Assembly: GCA_965649295.1 (NCBI GenBank)
Contig: CBFGKH010000001.1
Span: 160,001 to 224,000, forward strand
Source: a candidate division WOR-3 bacterium
GTDB taxonomy: Bacteria; Hydrothermota; Tepidihabitantia; Tepidihabitantales; Tepidihabitantaceae
Reading direction: 5' to 3'
DNA length: 64,000 bases
The notes under the pieces were generated by a model. It saw only the letters and a program-made list of their open reading frames with translations. It did not search any database and was not told the DNA's origin. Within the stretch, counting starts at the first letter, position 1. Each line of letters starts with the position of its first letter. A program made the position numbers and the translations under genes. Positions 8,129-18,152 of the stretch are shown piece after piece.

Positions 8129-10738
8129 TCAGCGAGAAGCCGGTTCCTCAACTACGACCAGTTGGTCAGGTCGGACATTGCGACGGACAACCACCCGACC
8201 CGGACCAAAGCGAACCTCGACTGTCACTGTCCGTGCTGATGACCCCAGTCCAAAGTGCTGAATGAGTGAGTTCTGGCTTGTCGTGCCCTTGCCGCCCTCG
8301 ACCTCGCGAATCTGGCTGTGCCGGCCCTGGGTCACAGTCACGCGGCAGCCGATACCGGCCCGATTCGCCTGCCGACCGATAACCTTTACCTTTAGCCAGT
8401 GATTGCTATTGCGCGTGTCGTTACGGAAAAGGCGAACCCCTGAACCTGAGCCGACAACGAGGTCTTGGTCGCCGTCGTTGTCAAAGTCAGCAAAAGCACA
8501 ACCCCAGCCATTCAGCACTCGAGTGCCGGACAGCCAGGTGATATCCTCAAAACGTGGAACCGCGCTCTTGGCTAGACCGGGCAAGAGCTGATTCTCATAA
8601 AGAAACGAACGCCGGCCCTCGTAGATTGAGGTAATGTAGAGGTCAAGGTCGCCATCTTTGTCCACATCAGCCCAGGCTGGGTCCGAGTGTGTCTCCTCAT
8701 AACGGATGCCAGCAGCGACCCGACAGTCAGCAAACCGCGGCACTGCCCGCGGGCCGCGGTTCTGGTACAACTGCGAACGGTTCGAGAACTCGATATAGCG
8801 GGGATGAGCAAGGTTGGCAGCAAATAGGTCAAGGTCGCCGTCGTTGTCAAAGTCAGCCCAGGCTGAACCAATCGTGTGGCCATAGGCACCATCAACCTCC
8901 TCGCCGGCCACACCAAGCTGACCAGCCAAATTGGTGAAAGTCGAATCACGGTTGTTGTGCCAGAGCAGGTTCTGGGTGAGACGGTAGTTCGAGACATAGC
9001 AGTCCTGCCAGCCGTCGTCGTCATAATCACCCCAGTTCACGCCCCGGCCAGCCAGGTGCTCGCCAAACGGCGGCACGATGCCAGCCTGCTCAGTTACATC
9101 AGCAAGATAGCCGCGCCGGTTCTGATAGAGCTTGTCCGGATAGTAGCTACGGTCCTGCCAGTTCTCGTAGTTTGCGCAGTAAAGGTCAACCCAGCCGTCG
9201 TTGTCAAAGTCAGCCCAACCCGCGCCTTCGGTCGGATAGTCGTTGTCCGGCCCACCAGCTCGATCCGAAAGGTCGGCAAAAATACCGTGCTCGTTCTTGT
9301 AGAACCGAGCTCCACCCGCAGCGCCGGCGACGTACAAATCAAGCAGACCATCGTTGTTGAAGTCAGCGAACAGCCCGCCGCGGCCATTCGCCCTGCCCAA
9401 GCCAACCGAATCGGTTACATCCACAAACCTGCGGCCTGAATCGTTCCAGAACAGCCGCGAGCCTGAAAGCAGCAGGTCCTGATAGCCGTCGTTGTCATAG
9501 TCGCCCCAGGCCACCCTGGATTCGCGGCGGCCAGCCAACCCCACAAGCTCTGTCACATCAGTAAAGACCGAACCGCGATAGCCCAACCGGCTACGGCCAA
9601 ACTCAAGCTGTTCCTGCCCTGTCGCCGGCCGGATTCGGCAGAACCCGGTCTCAGCCCGCGCACCCCAGTAGTTGCGCGAGTCCCCAACACTCAGCGCCGC
9701 CACATACTGAGCAAGCGCCTCATCTTTCCTGCCCTGCTGCTCGGCAATCTCGCCAAGCAAGGTGTGGAACGGTGCCGGTGTCCACTCTGAGTTCACATCC
9801 CAGCGGAACTGAGCCAACGCATCAGCCAGCACCGACCCTGCCTCTTCCAATCGTGTCTGCGCCATCAGTGCCTCAGCCAGGGCGATGCGGGCTTGGCCGT
9901 ACAGTGGCGGATATTCGAGTTCCCATTGCTCCTGCGGCTTATTAGTCGGTTTTCTAGTATTGGGCCACAATGTGATGGCACGGCGAGCATATGCCTCGGC
10001 CAAGCTCGGCGCAAAGCGGAGCCGATTGAACAGCGCCGCAGCGTAACGGTAGCGGAAAGGGTCGAGCGTATCATCGGCAATCATCTCGGCTGCTGCCTGA
10101 CGCAGGCCAGCGGTGTCACCAAGCCCAAAGAGCGAGCCAAGCAAGGTGGTGTAGAACAACTGCCGGCACTCACTGGTTGGGTAGCGGTCGAGAAAACGTC
10201 GGACAAGTGGAACCTTCAATGTGTCATTGTTCCAGACCGGATAGAGTGAATCATAGAAAGAGCTGAGAATCAGCTCGTAGCCACGCGGTGAATCCGGGAA
10301 AAGCCGCAGCAGTTCAGCCTTGACCGTGGCTGCGGCTGCCGAATCGGCCAACGCCAGACCATCGTAGGCCAATGTCAGCTCACGGGCAGTCCTGCCCAGA
10401 GCATAGCGCCGGGCTTCGCCTACAATCAACTGCCGCGTCGCTGCCAGCCGGACTGAGTCTTTCTCATCACGACGGTAGAGCGCCTGCCAGCGACCGACAA
10501 CTGCTGAATCACAGACAGAATCGAGTTCCAGGGAACGCGCCCACCAGACGGCGGCTGAATCGAAACGGCGCCAGTGGTCATAGACCCGGGCGAGGTCACG
10601 CATCGCTGCGGCATCATGCGGACTAGTAGCCAGCCTGCCGCGATAGAACCTGACCGCGCCATCATAGTCACGTCGGGCCAGAAACGATCGCAAGTCGGTG
10701 GCAGTAACCGTTGCTATCAGTAGCAAGAATAGATTCAA
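8129..10738 (-). CDS. secreted TPR + FG-GAP/VCBS repeat + ASPIC/UnbV (CRTAC1-family) protein
   Basis: Signal peptide, helical N-terminal half, multiple W(G/A)DxDNDGxxDL repeats, C-terminal NHWLKVKVIG...GIGCRV...QHFGLG motif. Confidence 0.85.
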   Translation of the reverse strand: MNLFLLLIATVTATDLRSFLARRDYDGAVRFYRGRLATSPHDAAAMRDLARVYDHWRRFDSAAVWWARSLELDSVCDSAVVGRWQALYRRDEKDSVRLAATRQLIVGEARRYALGRTARELTLAYDGLALADSAAAATVKAELLRLFPDSPRGYELILSSFYDSLYPVWNNDTLKVPLVRRFLDRYPTSECRQLFYTTLLGSLFGLGDTAGLRQAAAEMIADDTLDPFRYRYAAALFNRLRFAPSLAEAYARRAITLWPNTRKPTNKPQEQWELEYPPLYGQARIALAEALMAQTRLEEAGSVLADALAQFRWDVNSEWTPAPFHTLLGEIAEQQGRKDEALAQYVAALSVGDSRNYWGARAETGFCRIRPATGQEQLEFGRSRLGYRGSVFTDVTELVGLAGRRESRVAWGDYDNDGYQDLLLSGSRLFWNDSGRRFVDVTDSVGLGRANGRGGLFADFNNDGLLDLYVAGAAGGARFYKNEHGIFADLSDRAGGPDNDYPTEGAGWADFDNDGWVDLYCANYENWQDRSYYPDKLYQNRRGYLADVTEQAGIVPPFGEHLAGRGVNWGDYDDDGWQDCYVSNYRLTQNLLWHNNRDSTFTNLAGQLGVAGEEVDGAYGHTIGSAWADFDNDGDLDLFAANLAHPRYIEFSNRSQLYQNRGPRAVPRFADCRVAAGIRYEETHSDPAWADVDKDGDLDLYITSIYEGRRSFLYENQLLPGLAKSAVPRFEDITWLSGTRVLNGWGCAFADFDNDGDQDLVVGSGSGVRLFRNDTRNSNHWLKVKVIGRQANRAGIGCRVTVTQGRHSQIREVEGGKGTTSQNSLIQHFGLGSSARTVTVEVRFGPGRVVVRRNVRPDQLVVVEEPASR

Positions 10739-10852
10739 GATTCGGGCCTCCGTAATCCTGTTGTTCAGCCAATACGGTAGGCACGACTAGGTCGCTGTCA
10801 AATAGCGTCAGATTGACACCCATCCCAATCCTGACCGCGCTAGCCCTGACCA

Positions 10853-10880
10853 TTGACCACCACGGTTGCCGAGCTATAGT
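10853..10880 (+). promoter_or_regulatory. sigma70-type promoter, near-leaderless
   Basis: TTGACC (10853-10858), 16 bp, TATAGT (10875-10880), ATG at 10889 with no SD. Confidence 0.6.
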
Positions 10881-10888
10881 CAGACACG

Positions 10889-13402
10889 ATGCAGAGGTTC
10901 ACCATCCCGACGATAATGTTGGCCATTGGCGTCGCAGCCGGAACCGGCTTGCCACCACTGGCCGATACCATCCGTATCACTGATTGGCTGCTCGCCGGCC
11001 CGTTTGCGGTCGGCACACGCGAAGGCATTGCTGGCCCGCTTGAAGACCCAGCCACGTTCCGATTGGTCGAAGGCCAGGAGTTTCGCACAAGTCTTGTTCA
11101 AGGCGGCATCTGCCGAGCCCATCGGGTAATACCAGACTCAGCCGGCTGGCTTGCTACCGACTATCAAGATGTCCGCTGGGACACAATTGCTAACTACTAC
11201 GGCATTGCCGGCATCGTCAGCATGGGTATTGCCTATGCCGAGTTCGCAGCGCCCAAGCGTTGTCGAGCACTGGCAGTCGCGACTCGACTCGGCGGATTTA
11301 CACTGAACGGCCTCGGCTATCTTGGCGACGTCTATGGCAACGGCTGGTTTGTGACGCCAGTTGTGCTCGATTCCGGCACCAATCGTCTCCTCCTCCGTCT
11401 GTCCGGATTTGGTGACACCCGGGTTCGCTTCCTGCTGGTGCCGCCCCGGGCCGCAGTCCTGCCCATCGCCGCTGACCTGACTGCCCCTGACCTGCGGTCC
11501 GATTCTGCCCTGACCGCGTGGGTTGGCGTTCCCCTGCTCAACACGACCGACCAGCGCCTGGACTCAGTACGGTTACGGATAGTTTTCGGCACAACAACGG
11601 TTGAGACCATCATCAACAACCTGCCCACTCTTGGAGCGAGGAAGGTCAAGCTCAAGCTCTCATTCCCTGCCCAGCACCGGGAAACAAGCCACACCGAACT
11701 GCCACTGGTCCTGACCGCGATCGCGCTGGGCGACACCACCACTGACACCGCCCGGTTACCAATTCGCCTGCCATCTGAACCGGTGCGCCAGACGTTCATT
11801 TCCAGCATTGACTCATCGGTCCAATACTACGCCTGTCTCTATCCGAAGGGGTTTGATCCGGGCCGGCGCTATCCGGTCATCTTTACCTTACATGGTGCCG
11901 GCGTCGAGGCCTGGGGCCAGGCGAATGCCTATCAGCAGAAAGACTGGGCCTTTGTTGTCGCGCCAACTAACCGCCGGCCTTACGGCTTTGACTGGCAGGA
12001 CTGGGGCAGACTTGATGCCATCGAGGTGCTCGACACTGTTCTTTGCCGCCTGCCGATTGACCCTGCCCGAGTTCTGCTCACCGGTGGCTCAATGGGCGGA
12101 CACGGTGACTGGCATGTGAGCGTTCATCATCCTGACCGGTTTGCCGTTGTCGCCCCTCAGGCAAGCTGGCCCACCCACCAGCTCTATGTTCCCTGGTTCT
12201 TGCAGCGCTCAGCCATCTTTGCCCAGCCAGGCCAACTGGCGATTCGTGACCAGGTGCTGCGTTCGGACAATGTCCCGGCTCTGCTCGGCAATCTTTCGAA
12301 CCTGCCCTGCTTTGTGCTGCACGGCGGCGACGACGACAACGTCCCGCCACTACACGGCCGCAACTTTGCACTCTGGCTTGATGAACTCGGTCAAGAGTAC
12401 GTCTATCGTGAGCTACCGGGCAAGGGTCACTGGTGGACCGACGAAAGCCTCGGCATCACGGTCTGTGACGACACGGCACTACTGAACTATATTCGGCATC
12501 GGCACCGACCGCTGGACGTTCGCAATGTCAGTTTCCGTACTCCTGACCTCGGCACAAGCCATAAGGCCTACTGGTGCGAGATTGAACGGGTTGGCATTGT
12601 TGGGCAGGACGCAGCTATCGAGGCTACGGCTGATGACTCAGTCATTCGGATTGCGACTGAGAACATCGAGAGGTTCAGCCTCAATCTCTTCGGTACACCA
12701 AAGTTTGCCGGCCAGATTGTGGTATTCATAAATGGAACCAGAATTGGCCGACGCTTCACGCTGCCCAATCGGCTTACCTTTAGCCGCACGCGCTTTGGCT
12801 GGCAGCTTGGCCTTGGCCGTCAGGGCCGGCTAACCAAGACCCCAGACCGATACGGCCCAGCCCGACAGGCAATGATGCAGCCATTCTTGCTCGTTTATGG
12901 GACTACCAACCCTGGAATCACCCCCTACCTTCGCCACACCGCCAATCAGGAGGCACTGCGCTGGTGGCTGATTGGCAACGGCTCGGTCGAAATCCTGGCC
13001 GACACCGAGGTAACCAGCGCGCACATTGACCGCTACAATCTCCTGCTCTTTGGTGGGCCAACTGAGAACAGCCTGACCAGGAAAATCAACAGCCGTCTCC
13101 CCGTCCAGATAGCCAATGGCCGTGTCCAGCTCGGTTCTCGCGACCTAGGACCTGACCTGGCAGTCGCTTGTCTATATCCTAACCCACTCAACCCCGAACG
13201 GCTCGTGTATGTCAGAATGGGGACTGGCCCGGACGAGACAAAGCTTTCGTCTTACTTTGGCCTTGCCTCTTCCAGTGCCGGCGTGCCTGACTTTCTCGTC
13301 TTCGACCGCCGCGTCCGGCGCTACGGCTGGGCTGGTATCCGGGCTGCCGGCTTTTTTGACCCTGACTGGCAACTGGACGAGCGATCAATGTTTGTCGAAT
13401 AG
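10889..13402 (+). CDS. secreted alpha/beta-hydrolase (prolyl oligopeptidase S9 / esterase-like)
   Basis: Signal peptide; YPVIFTLHGAG, GGSMGG nucleophile elbow, HGGDDDNVP, GHWW. Confidence 0.8.
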   Translation: MQRFTIPTIMLAIGVAAGTGLPPLADTIRITDWLLAGPFAVGTREGIAGPLEDPATFRLVEGQEFRTSLVQGGICRAHRVIPDSAGWLATDYQDVRWDTIANYYGIAGIVSMGIAYAEFAAPKRCRALAVATRLGGFTLNGLGYLGDVYGNGWFVTPVVLDSGTNRLLLRLSGFGDTRVRFLLVPPRAAVLPIAADLTAPDLRSDSALTAWVGVPLLNTTDQRLDSVRLRIVFGTTTVETIINNLPTLGARKVKLKLSFPAQHRETSHTELPLVLTAIALGDTTTDTARLPIRLPSEPVRQTFISSIDSSVQYYACLYPKGFDPGRRYPVIFTLHGAGVEAWGQANAYQQKDWAFVVAPTNRRPYGFDWQDWGRLDAIEVLDTVLCRLPIDPARVLLTGGSMGGHGDWHVSVHHPDRFAVVAPQASWPTHQLYVPWFLQRSAIFAQPGQLAIRDQVLRSDNVPALLGNLSNLPCFVLHGGDDDNVPPLHGRNFALWLDELGQEYVYRELPGKGHWWTDESLGITVCDDTALLNYIRHRHRPLDVRNVSFRTPDLGTSHKAYWCEIERVGIVGQDAAIEATADDSVIRIATENIERFSLNLFGTPKFAGQIVVFINGTRIGRRFTLPNRLTFSRTRFGWQLGLGRQGRLTKTPDRYGPARQAMMQPFLLVYGTTNPGITPYLRHTANQEALRWWLIGNGSVEILADTEVTSAHIDRYNLLLFGGPTENSLTRKINSRLPVQIANGRVQLGSRDLGPDLAVACLYPNPLNPERLVYVRMGTGPDETKLSSYFGLASSSAGVPDFLVFDRRVRRYGWAGIRAAGFFDPDWQLDERSMFVE

Positions 13403-13411
13403 ACATCGGAA

Positions 13412-14341
13412 ATGAGAAACCCCACAAGTCCGGGCAGGCAGGGCCCCGGGACCAGCCTTGTTATCAAGTCACCCGCCAAGGTCAATCTTGGTCTGCAGGT
13501 CGGGCCTAGACGTACCGATGGATTCCATGAGATTGTTACCGTGATGGCCCTCCTCGAACTGCACGACACCATCCACATCCGGCTGACCAAGGCTGGGGTC
13601 CAAATAAGCTCAACTAACCCTGACCTACCCCCTGGACCGGACAATCTTGGCTACAGGGCAGCCGCAGCACTGCTGAACGCCACCGGCGCAGTTCACGGCT
13701 GCCGGATCAGGATAGCGAAAAGGATACCGGTCGGCGCTGGTCTGGGCGGCGGCTCCTCGAATGCCGCGGCAGTCCTCTTCGGCCTAAACCAACTCCTTGG
13801 CTCGCCCTTGAACGGCCACCAACTGCACCAGCTTGGCCAGACCATTGGCTCGGACGTGCCGGTCTTCCTGGCTTGGCTGATCCAGCCAACCCGAACCGCC
13901 TTTGTTGCTCGCGGTCGCGGTGAGCGCCTCCGCCCTATCTCATTACCCCAGCTTCAGTTGTGTCTCTACTTCCCTGGCTATCCCATCCCCACCGGCTGGG
14001 CTTTTCGTGAGCTCGACCGGCTGCGGGCCCGGCGTCGCTTGACTCCCTTCCGGTTCTCTCCTAAGATTCTCGCTGCGCTCTTGCGGCGCAACGAACTGGA
14101 CAGGGCCGCAGCCTGGCTCGGCAACGACTTCGAGCCGGTTGTCTTTGCCCGACATCCGGATTTGGCGCAAGCGAAGAGGCTGCTGCAGGAAAACTGCGCT
14201 GCTGCTGCCCTGTCTGGTTCCGGCAGTACGGTCTATGGCCTGGTGCGAAGTCACGAACGGCAGGACCTGATGGCCGCTCTGAAACGCCTCGGTTTCCCCG
14301 CCATCCTGACCAGGACACTAGGGCCGCCGGCACGAAAGTAG
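13412..14341 (+). CDS. ispE: 4-diphosphocytidyl-2-C-methyl-D-erythritol kinase
   Basis: PAKVNLGL, KRIPVGAGLGGGSSNAA, GSDVP, NDFE, LSGSGSTV. Confidence 0.95.
   Translation: MRNPTSPGRQGPGTSLVIKSPAKVNLGLQVGPRRTDGFHEIVTVMALLELHDTIHIRLTKAGVQISSTNPDLPPGPDNLGYRAAAALLNATGAVHGCRIRIAKRIPVGAGLGGGSSNAAAVLFGLNQLLGSPLNGHQLHQLGQTIGSDVPVFLAWLIQPTRTAFVARGRGERLRPISLPQLQLCLYFPGYPIPTGWAFRELDRLRARRRLTPFRFSPKILAALLRRNELDRAAAWLGNDFEPVVFARHPDLAQAKRLLQENCAAAALSGSGSTVYGLVRSHERQDLMAALKRLGFPAILTRTLGPPARK
14039..14067 (+). promoter_or_regulatory. promoter inside ispE, probably driving tRNA-Gln-prs-rplY
   Basis: TTGACT (14039-14044), 17 bp, TAAGAT (14062-14067). Confidence 0.5.
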
Positions 14342-14342
14342 T

Positions 14343-14414
14343 TGGGGCGTCGTTCAACTGGCAGGACCCAGGACTTTGGATCCTGTTATGAAGGTTCGAC
14401 TCCTTCCGCCCCAG
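14343..14414 (+). tRNA. tRNA-Gln(TTG), CCA not encoded
   Basis: Acceptor stem TGGGGCG/CGCCCCA, anticodon arm CAGGA-CTTTGGA-TCCTG, T-arm GAAGGTTCGACTCCTTC; classic ispE-tRNAGln-prs synteny. Confidence 0.95.
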
Positions 14415-14454
14415 CATTGGCTGAAAGGCAGAAACCCGCTGTGGAGCGAGTGAT

Positions 14455-15390
14455 ATGGCAGAACTCAAAATCTTCTCTGGTCGGGCCAATGGGCCGCTGG
14501 CTGAGAAAATCTGTCTCCACCTTGGTGTGGCCTGCGGCAATGCCGAGGTGCGTAATTTCGCCGACGGTGAGATTCGCGTCAATATCCGCGAGAGTGTTCG
14601 CGGCACTGACGCCTTCGTGATTCAGCCGACCCAGCCGCCGGCCGACAACCTCTTTGAGCTGCTGCTGATGATTGACGCTCTGCGCCGGGCTTCGGCCGAG
14701 CGGATTACCGCGGTCATCCCCTACTATGGCTACGCTCGGCAGGACCGCAAAGACCAGCCGCGCGTGCCGGTCTCGGCCAAGCTCATTGCCAATCTACTGG
14801 TTCGGGCCGGTGCCGACCGAATCCTGACAATGGAATTGCATGCCGAGCAAATTCAGGCCTATTTCGACATTCCAGTTGACCACCTCTATGCCACACCGGT
14901 ATTCGTTGAGTATCTGCGGCCTTCGGCCGAGAACTGCGTCGTCGTGGCGCCGGATACTGGTCGAGCCAACCGGGCCCGGGGCTTTGCCCGCCGGCTCGGT
15001 GACCACGTCCCGATCGCCATTATTGACAAACGCCGGCCAGAACTAAACAAGGCCGAAGTGGTCAACGTTGTCGGCGATGTCACCGGCCGGAACGCAATAG
15101 TCTTTGACGACATGATTGATACTGGCGGCACGCTCATCTCAGCCGCTACCGCTCTCTGCGAGCGTGGTGCCCGGTCAGTGCGCGCCGTTGCTGTTCATGG
15201 CATTTTCTCCGGCCCGGCAATCGAACGGATTGCCGACTCGATACTTACTGAGGTTGTCGTCACCGACACCATCCTGCTGCCACCGACAAAAAGGATTCCC
15301 AAAATCAAGGTGCTTTCCGTCGCCGCCCTACTGGCTGAGGCTATCCGCCGCACCCATCTGGGCGAGTCGGTCAGCTCGCTTTTCATCTAG
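14455..15390 (+). CDS. prs: ribose-phosphate pyrophosphokinase
   Basis: FADGEI, PYYGYARQDRK, VFDDMIDTGGT. Confidence 0.97.
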   Translation: MAELKIFSGRANGPLAEKICLHLGVACGNAEVRNFADGEIRVNIRESVRGTDAFVIQPTQPPADNLFELLLMIDALRRASAERITAVIPYYGYARQDRKDQPRVPVSAKLIANLLVRAGADRILTMELHAEQIQAYFDIPVDHLYATPVFVEYLRPSAENCVVVAPDTGRANRARGFARRLGDHVPIAIIDKRRPELNKAEVVNVVGDVTGRNAIVFDDMIDTGGTLISAATALCERGARSVRAVAVHGIFSGPAIERIADSILTEVVVTDTILLPPTKRIPKIKVLSVAALLAEAIRRTHLGESVSSLFI

Positions 15391-15399
15391 AGGAGTAAA

Positions 15400-16116
15400 A
15401 TGGCATACGTAGTCAAAGCTCAACCCCGTTCCGAGGCCGGCAAGAACAAGGTTCGCCGCCTCCGTCGCGCCGGGATGATTCCGGCCATAATCTACGGCCA
15501 CGGCGATCCCTCAACCATGCTGGCACTCTCTGCTCACGACTTTGGCCGTCTGCTTGACGAGATTCGCGGCCACAGTCCAATTGTTGAAGTCGAGGTCGAA
15601 AACCAGCCACCCCAGAAGTGCGTAATCAAGACAATCCAGCGCAATCCGATTGACGGCTCGCTGCTCCACGTTGACTTCCAGAAGGTCCACCTCCAGGAAA
15701 AGATCACCATGGCCGTCCCTGTCATCCTTCACGGCACGCCGATTGGTGTCAAACAGGGCGGCATGCTCGACTTCGTGCTCCGGCAAGTCTCAGTTCGAGC
15801 CACGATCGACCGCATCCCCGAGCACTTCGACATTGACATCAGCAACCTAAGGATTGGCCAGAGCTATCACATCGCTGACCTCGGCCGGGCCGACCTCGAA
15901 TTTGTGATGCCGCCGGAGTCGGCAATCGTCACGATCCTCTCACCGCGCAAGCTGGCTGAGACACCGACAGCCGCTGCAGCCGCCGCTGCCGCTGAGGCTG
16001 CCCCGGCTGAGCCCGAGGTCATCAAAGAGAAGAAGCCGACTGAAGAAGGAGCTGGCGAAGAAGAGACCAAGGGCAAGGGTGCCAAGCCTGGCAAGGAAGA
16101 GAAGAAAGAGAAGTAG
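15400..16116 (+). CDS. rplY: 50S ribosomal protein L25 / general stress protein Ctc
   Basis: RRLRRAGMIPAIIYG, LLHVDFQ, GVKQGG; Ala/Glu/Lys-rich tail. Confidence 0.95.
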   Translation: MAYVVKAQPRSEAGKNKVRRLRRAGMIPAIIYGHGDPSTMLALSAHDFGRLLDEIRGHSPIVEVEVENQPPQKCVIKTIQRNPIDGSLLHVDFQKVHLQEKITMAVPVILHGTPIGVKQGGMLDFVLRQVSVRATIDRIPEHFDIDISNLRIGQSYHIADLGRADLEFVMPPESAIVTILSPRKLAETPTAAAAAAAAEAAPAEPEVIKEKKPTEEGAGEEETKGKGAKPGKEEKKEK

Positions 16117-16120
16117 TCTA

Positions 16121-16714
16121 GTGACGATTTTCGGCCTCGGCAACCCGACCGAGCGCTACGCCGCCACTCGGCATAACATCGGCTTTCTCGTTCTCGATGC
16201 CCTTGCTGGCCGGCTGCATGTTCGATTCCGTCATGCCGCCGGCCGACTTGTGGCCCAAAAAGAGCTGGCTGGCAAGCCAGTCACCCTGGTCAAACCCCTC
16301 CGTTACATGAACAACTCCGGAATGGTTGTCCAGGAGCAGCTACAGGCCAGTCCTGACGAGTTTCTGGTCGTCTGTGACGACCTGGCCCTGCCCTTTGGGC
16401 GCCTGCGGCTGCGGCCCAAGGGTTCTGACGGCGGCCACAATGGTCTTGGGTCAATCATCTACGCCCTCGGCCGCAACGACTTCCCCCGTTTGCGCGTTGG
16501 CATCGGCCAGCCGCCGCCTGACCGACCCTGGATTGACTGGGTGCTCGAACCGTTCAGTCCCGAGGAAACTGCTCAGCTACCTGCGGTCGTGGACCGCGCT
16601 GCCGAGGCCTGCCTCACTGTTGTGACCGCCGGTCTCGCAACCGCCATGAATCGTTACAACGCTGAACCAGCGCCTCCCAAGGCCAAGTCGCCCGCCCGGG
16701 AGTGTTCGGCGTGA
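16121..16714 (+). CDS. pth: peptidyl-tRNA hydrolase
   Basis: GLGNP..Y..TRHNIGF, KPLRYMNNSG, GGHNGL, RLRVGIG; GTG start at 16121. Confidence 0.95.
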   Translation: MTIFGLGNPTERYAATRHNIGFLVLDALAGRLHVRFRHAAGRLVAQKELAGKPVTLVKPLRYMNNSGMVVQEQLQASPDEFLVVCDDLALPFGRLRLRPKGSDGGHNGLGSIIYALGRNDFPRLRVGIGQPPPDRPWIDWVLEPFSPEETAQLPAVVDRAAEACLTVVTAGLATAMNRYNAEPAPPKAKSPARECSA

Positions 16715-17760
16715 AAGTCGGCATCGTCGGCCTGCCGAACGTCGGCAAATCCTCGCTCTTCAACATTCTCACCGCTGGCAGCGCCCGGGTTGACATATTC
16801 CCGTTCACGACCATCGAAAAGAACACCGGGGTTGTCCTCGTGCCCGACGAACGGCTCGAACAGCTTGGCCGGATTCTCCGGCCCGAGAAACTCACGCCCA
16901 CCCATATCGAGTTCGTTGACATCGCCGGACTTGTCCCGGGCGCCAGTCAAGGCGAAGGCCTGGGCAACAAGTTTCTCGGCCACATCCGCGAGTGCGACAT
17001 CATTCTCCATCTCGTTCGTCTTTTCGCCACCCCCGACATTCCTGCGGTTCTCGACAGTATCAACCCCGACCGCGATATTGAAGTCGTTGAGGCTGAGCTG
17101 GCGCTCGCCGACCTGGCTATTGTCGAACGCAAGCTCGAACATGTACGCAAGGAGCCGCGCTCGATCGAACACGACCTGCTGCTCGGCGCCCTTGAGCAAT
17201 GTCACGCCGCCCTCGGTCGTGGCCAGCACCCGACGCTGTCGCCTGAACAGCGACACTCATTGCGTGAACTTGGCCTAATAATGACTAAACCGGTAGTCTT
17301 TGCGGCGAACTGCTCTGACTCCGACCCCGTTGACCTCACTCGCTACCCGACGCTCGCAGCTCACCAGCCGCTGCTCTTCTCGGCCGCCCTCGAAGTTGCG
17401 CTTGCTGACGCTAGTGAAACCGACCGAATTGAGTTGCGCACCGCCCTCGGCCTGCACCGCGACGGCCCGGCCGCAATTGTCAATGCCTGTTTTGGCGCGC
17501 TCGACCTGATTCGTTTCTATACCATCAAAGGCACCGAGTCGCGGGCCTGGGCCGCTCCTCGCGGCACAACCGCGCTCGCTGCCGCGAACATGATTCACAC
17601 CGCCATCGGCCAAGGTTTTATCCGCGCCGAGGTGGTCCGCTACGATGACCTGGTCCGGGCCGGCGACTACGCTGCCTGTCGCGAGCAGGGCCACGTCAAG
17701 ATTGAAGGCAAAAGCTACGTAGTGCAGGACGGTGACGTTCTGCTAATCAAATTCAAGTAG
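16711..17760 (+). CDS. ychF: redox-regulated ATPase YchF (OBG family)
   Basis: GIVGLPNVGKS, DIAGLV.GAS.GEGLGNKFL, C-terminal EGKSYVVQDGD; GTGA overlap with pth. Confidence 0.92.
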   Translation: MKVGIVGLPNVGKSSLFNILTAGSARVDIFPFTTIEKNTGVVLVPDERLEQLGRILRPEKLTPTHIEFVDIAGLVPGASQGEGLGNKFLGHIRECDIILHLVRLFATPDIPAVLDSINPDRDIEVVEAELALADLAIVERKLEHVRKEPRSIEHDLLLGALEQCHAALGRGQHPTLSPEQRHSLRELGLIMTKPVVFAANCSDSDPVDLTRYPTLAAHQPLLFSAALEVALADASETDRIELRTALGLHRDGPAAIVNACFGALDLIRFYTIKGTESRAWAAPRGTTALAAANMIHTAIGQGFIRAEVVRYDDLVRAGDYAACREQGHVKIEGKSYVVQDGDVLLIKFK

Positions 17761-17770
17761 GAGGCAATCA

Positions 17771-18151
17771 ATGAGTAATGCCAACACAGTTCACGAAAGC
17801 TACGAAATCGCGATGATTCTGGACCCAAGCATGTCCGACAAAGACGTCCAGAAAATCGCCCAGGAGGTCCGCGACCTGCTAGTCGCAGCCGGCGCCGCCG
17901 CCGTGTCTGATGAACGTACTGAACGTCGCGCCCTGGCCTATCCGGTGAAGAAACGAAACGAAGGGATTTACTGCTACATCTACTTCACCGGTCCGACCAC
18001 AACCCCCGAGAAGGTTCGCTACGAACTCCGGCACCGCGAAGGACTGCTCCGGATGACGTTTATCCGCAGACCGGCACCCGCGCCAGAGCCGATATCCGTT
18101 CCGTCGGAGCCTACTGAAACACCAAGCGAAGTACCGGCCGAAGGAGCCTAG
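17771..18151 (+). CDS. rpsF: 30S ribosomal protein S6
   Basis: YEIAMILDP, RALAYPVKK..EGIY, LLRM; SD GGAGG. Confidence 0.9.
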   Translation: MSNANTVHESYEIAMILDPSMSDKDVQKIAQEVRDLLVAAGAAAVSDERTERRALAYPVKKRNEGIYCYIYFTGPTTTPEKVRYELRHREGLLRMTFIRRPAPAPEPISVPSEPTETPSEVPAEGA

Positions 18152-18152
18152 T

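Noticed and set aside
8467..9216. Identical 25-nt repeats GGTCGCCGTCGTTGTCAAAGTCAGC (8467, 8833) and a near copy at about 9194, superficially CRISPR-like
   Set aside because: They encode the ADFDNDG motif of FG-GAP repeats inside an intact CDS, and the ~360-nt spacing is not array-like. No CRISPR array or cas genes were seen in the window.
14343..14454. tRNA-Gln as an integration site for a mobile element
   Set aside because: Native ispE-tRNA-prs synteny is intact, and no integrase or duplicated tRNA 3' end was seen.
14342..14620. 92-aa ORF between ispE and prs
   Set aside because: It overlaps tRNA-Gln and the prs start; spurious.
15970..16010. GCC/GCT/GCA trinucleotide run in rplY as a contingency repeat
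   Set aside because: It is a mixed-codon poly-Ala linker typical of long L25/Ctc tails, not a pure slippage tract.
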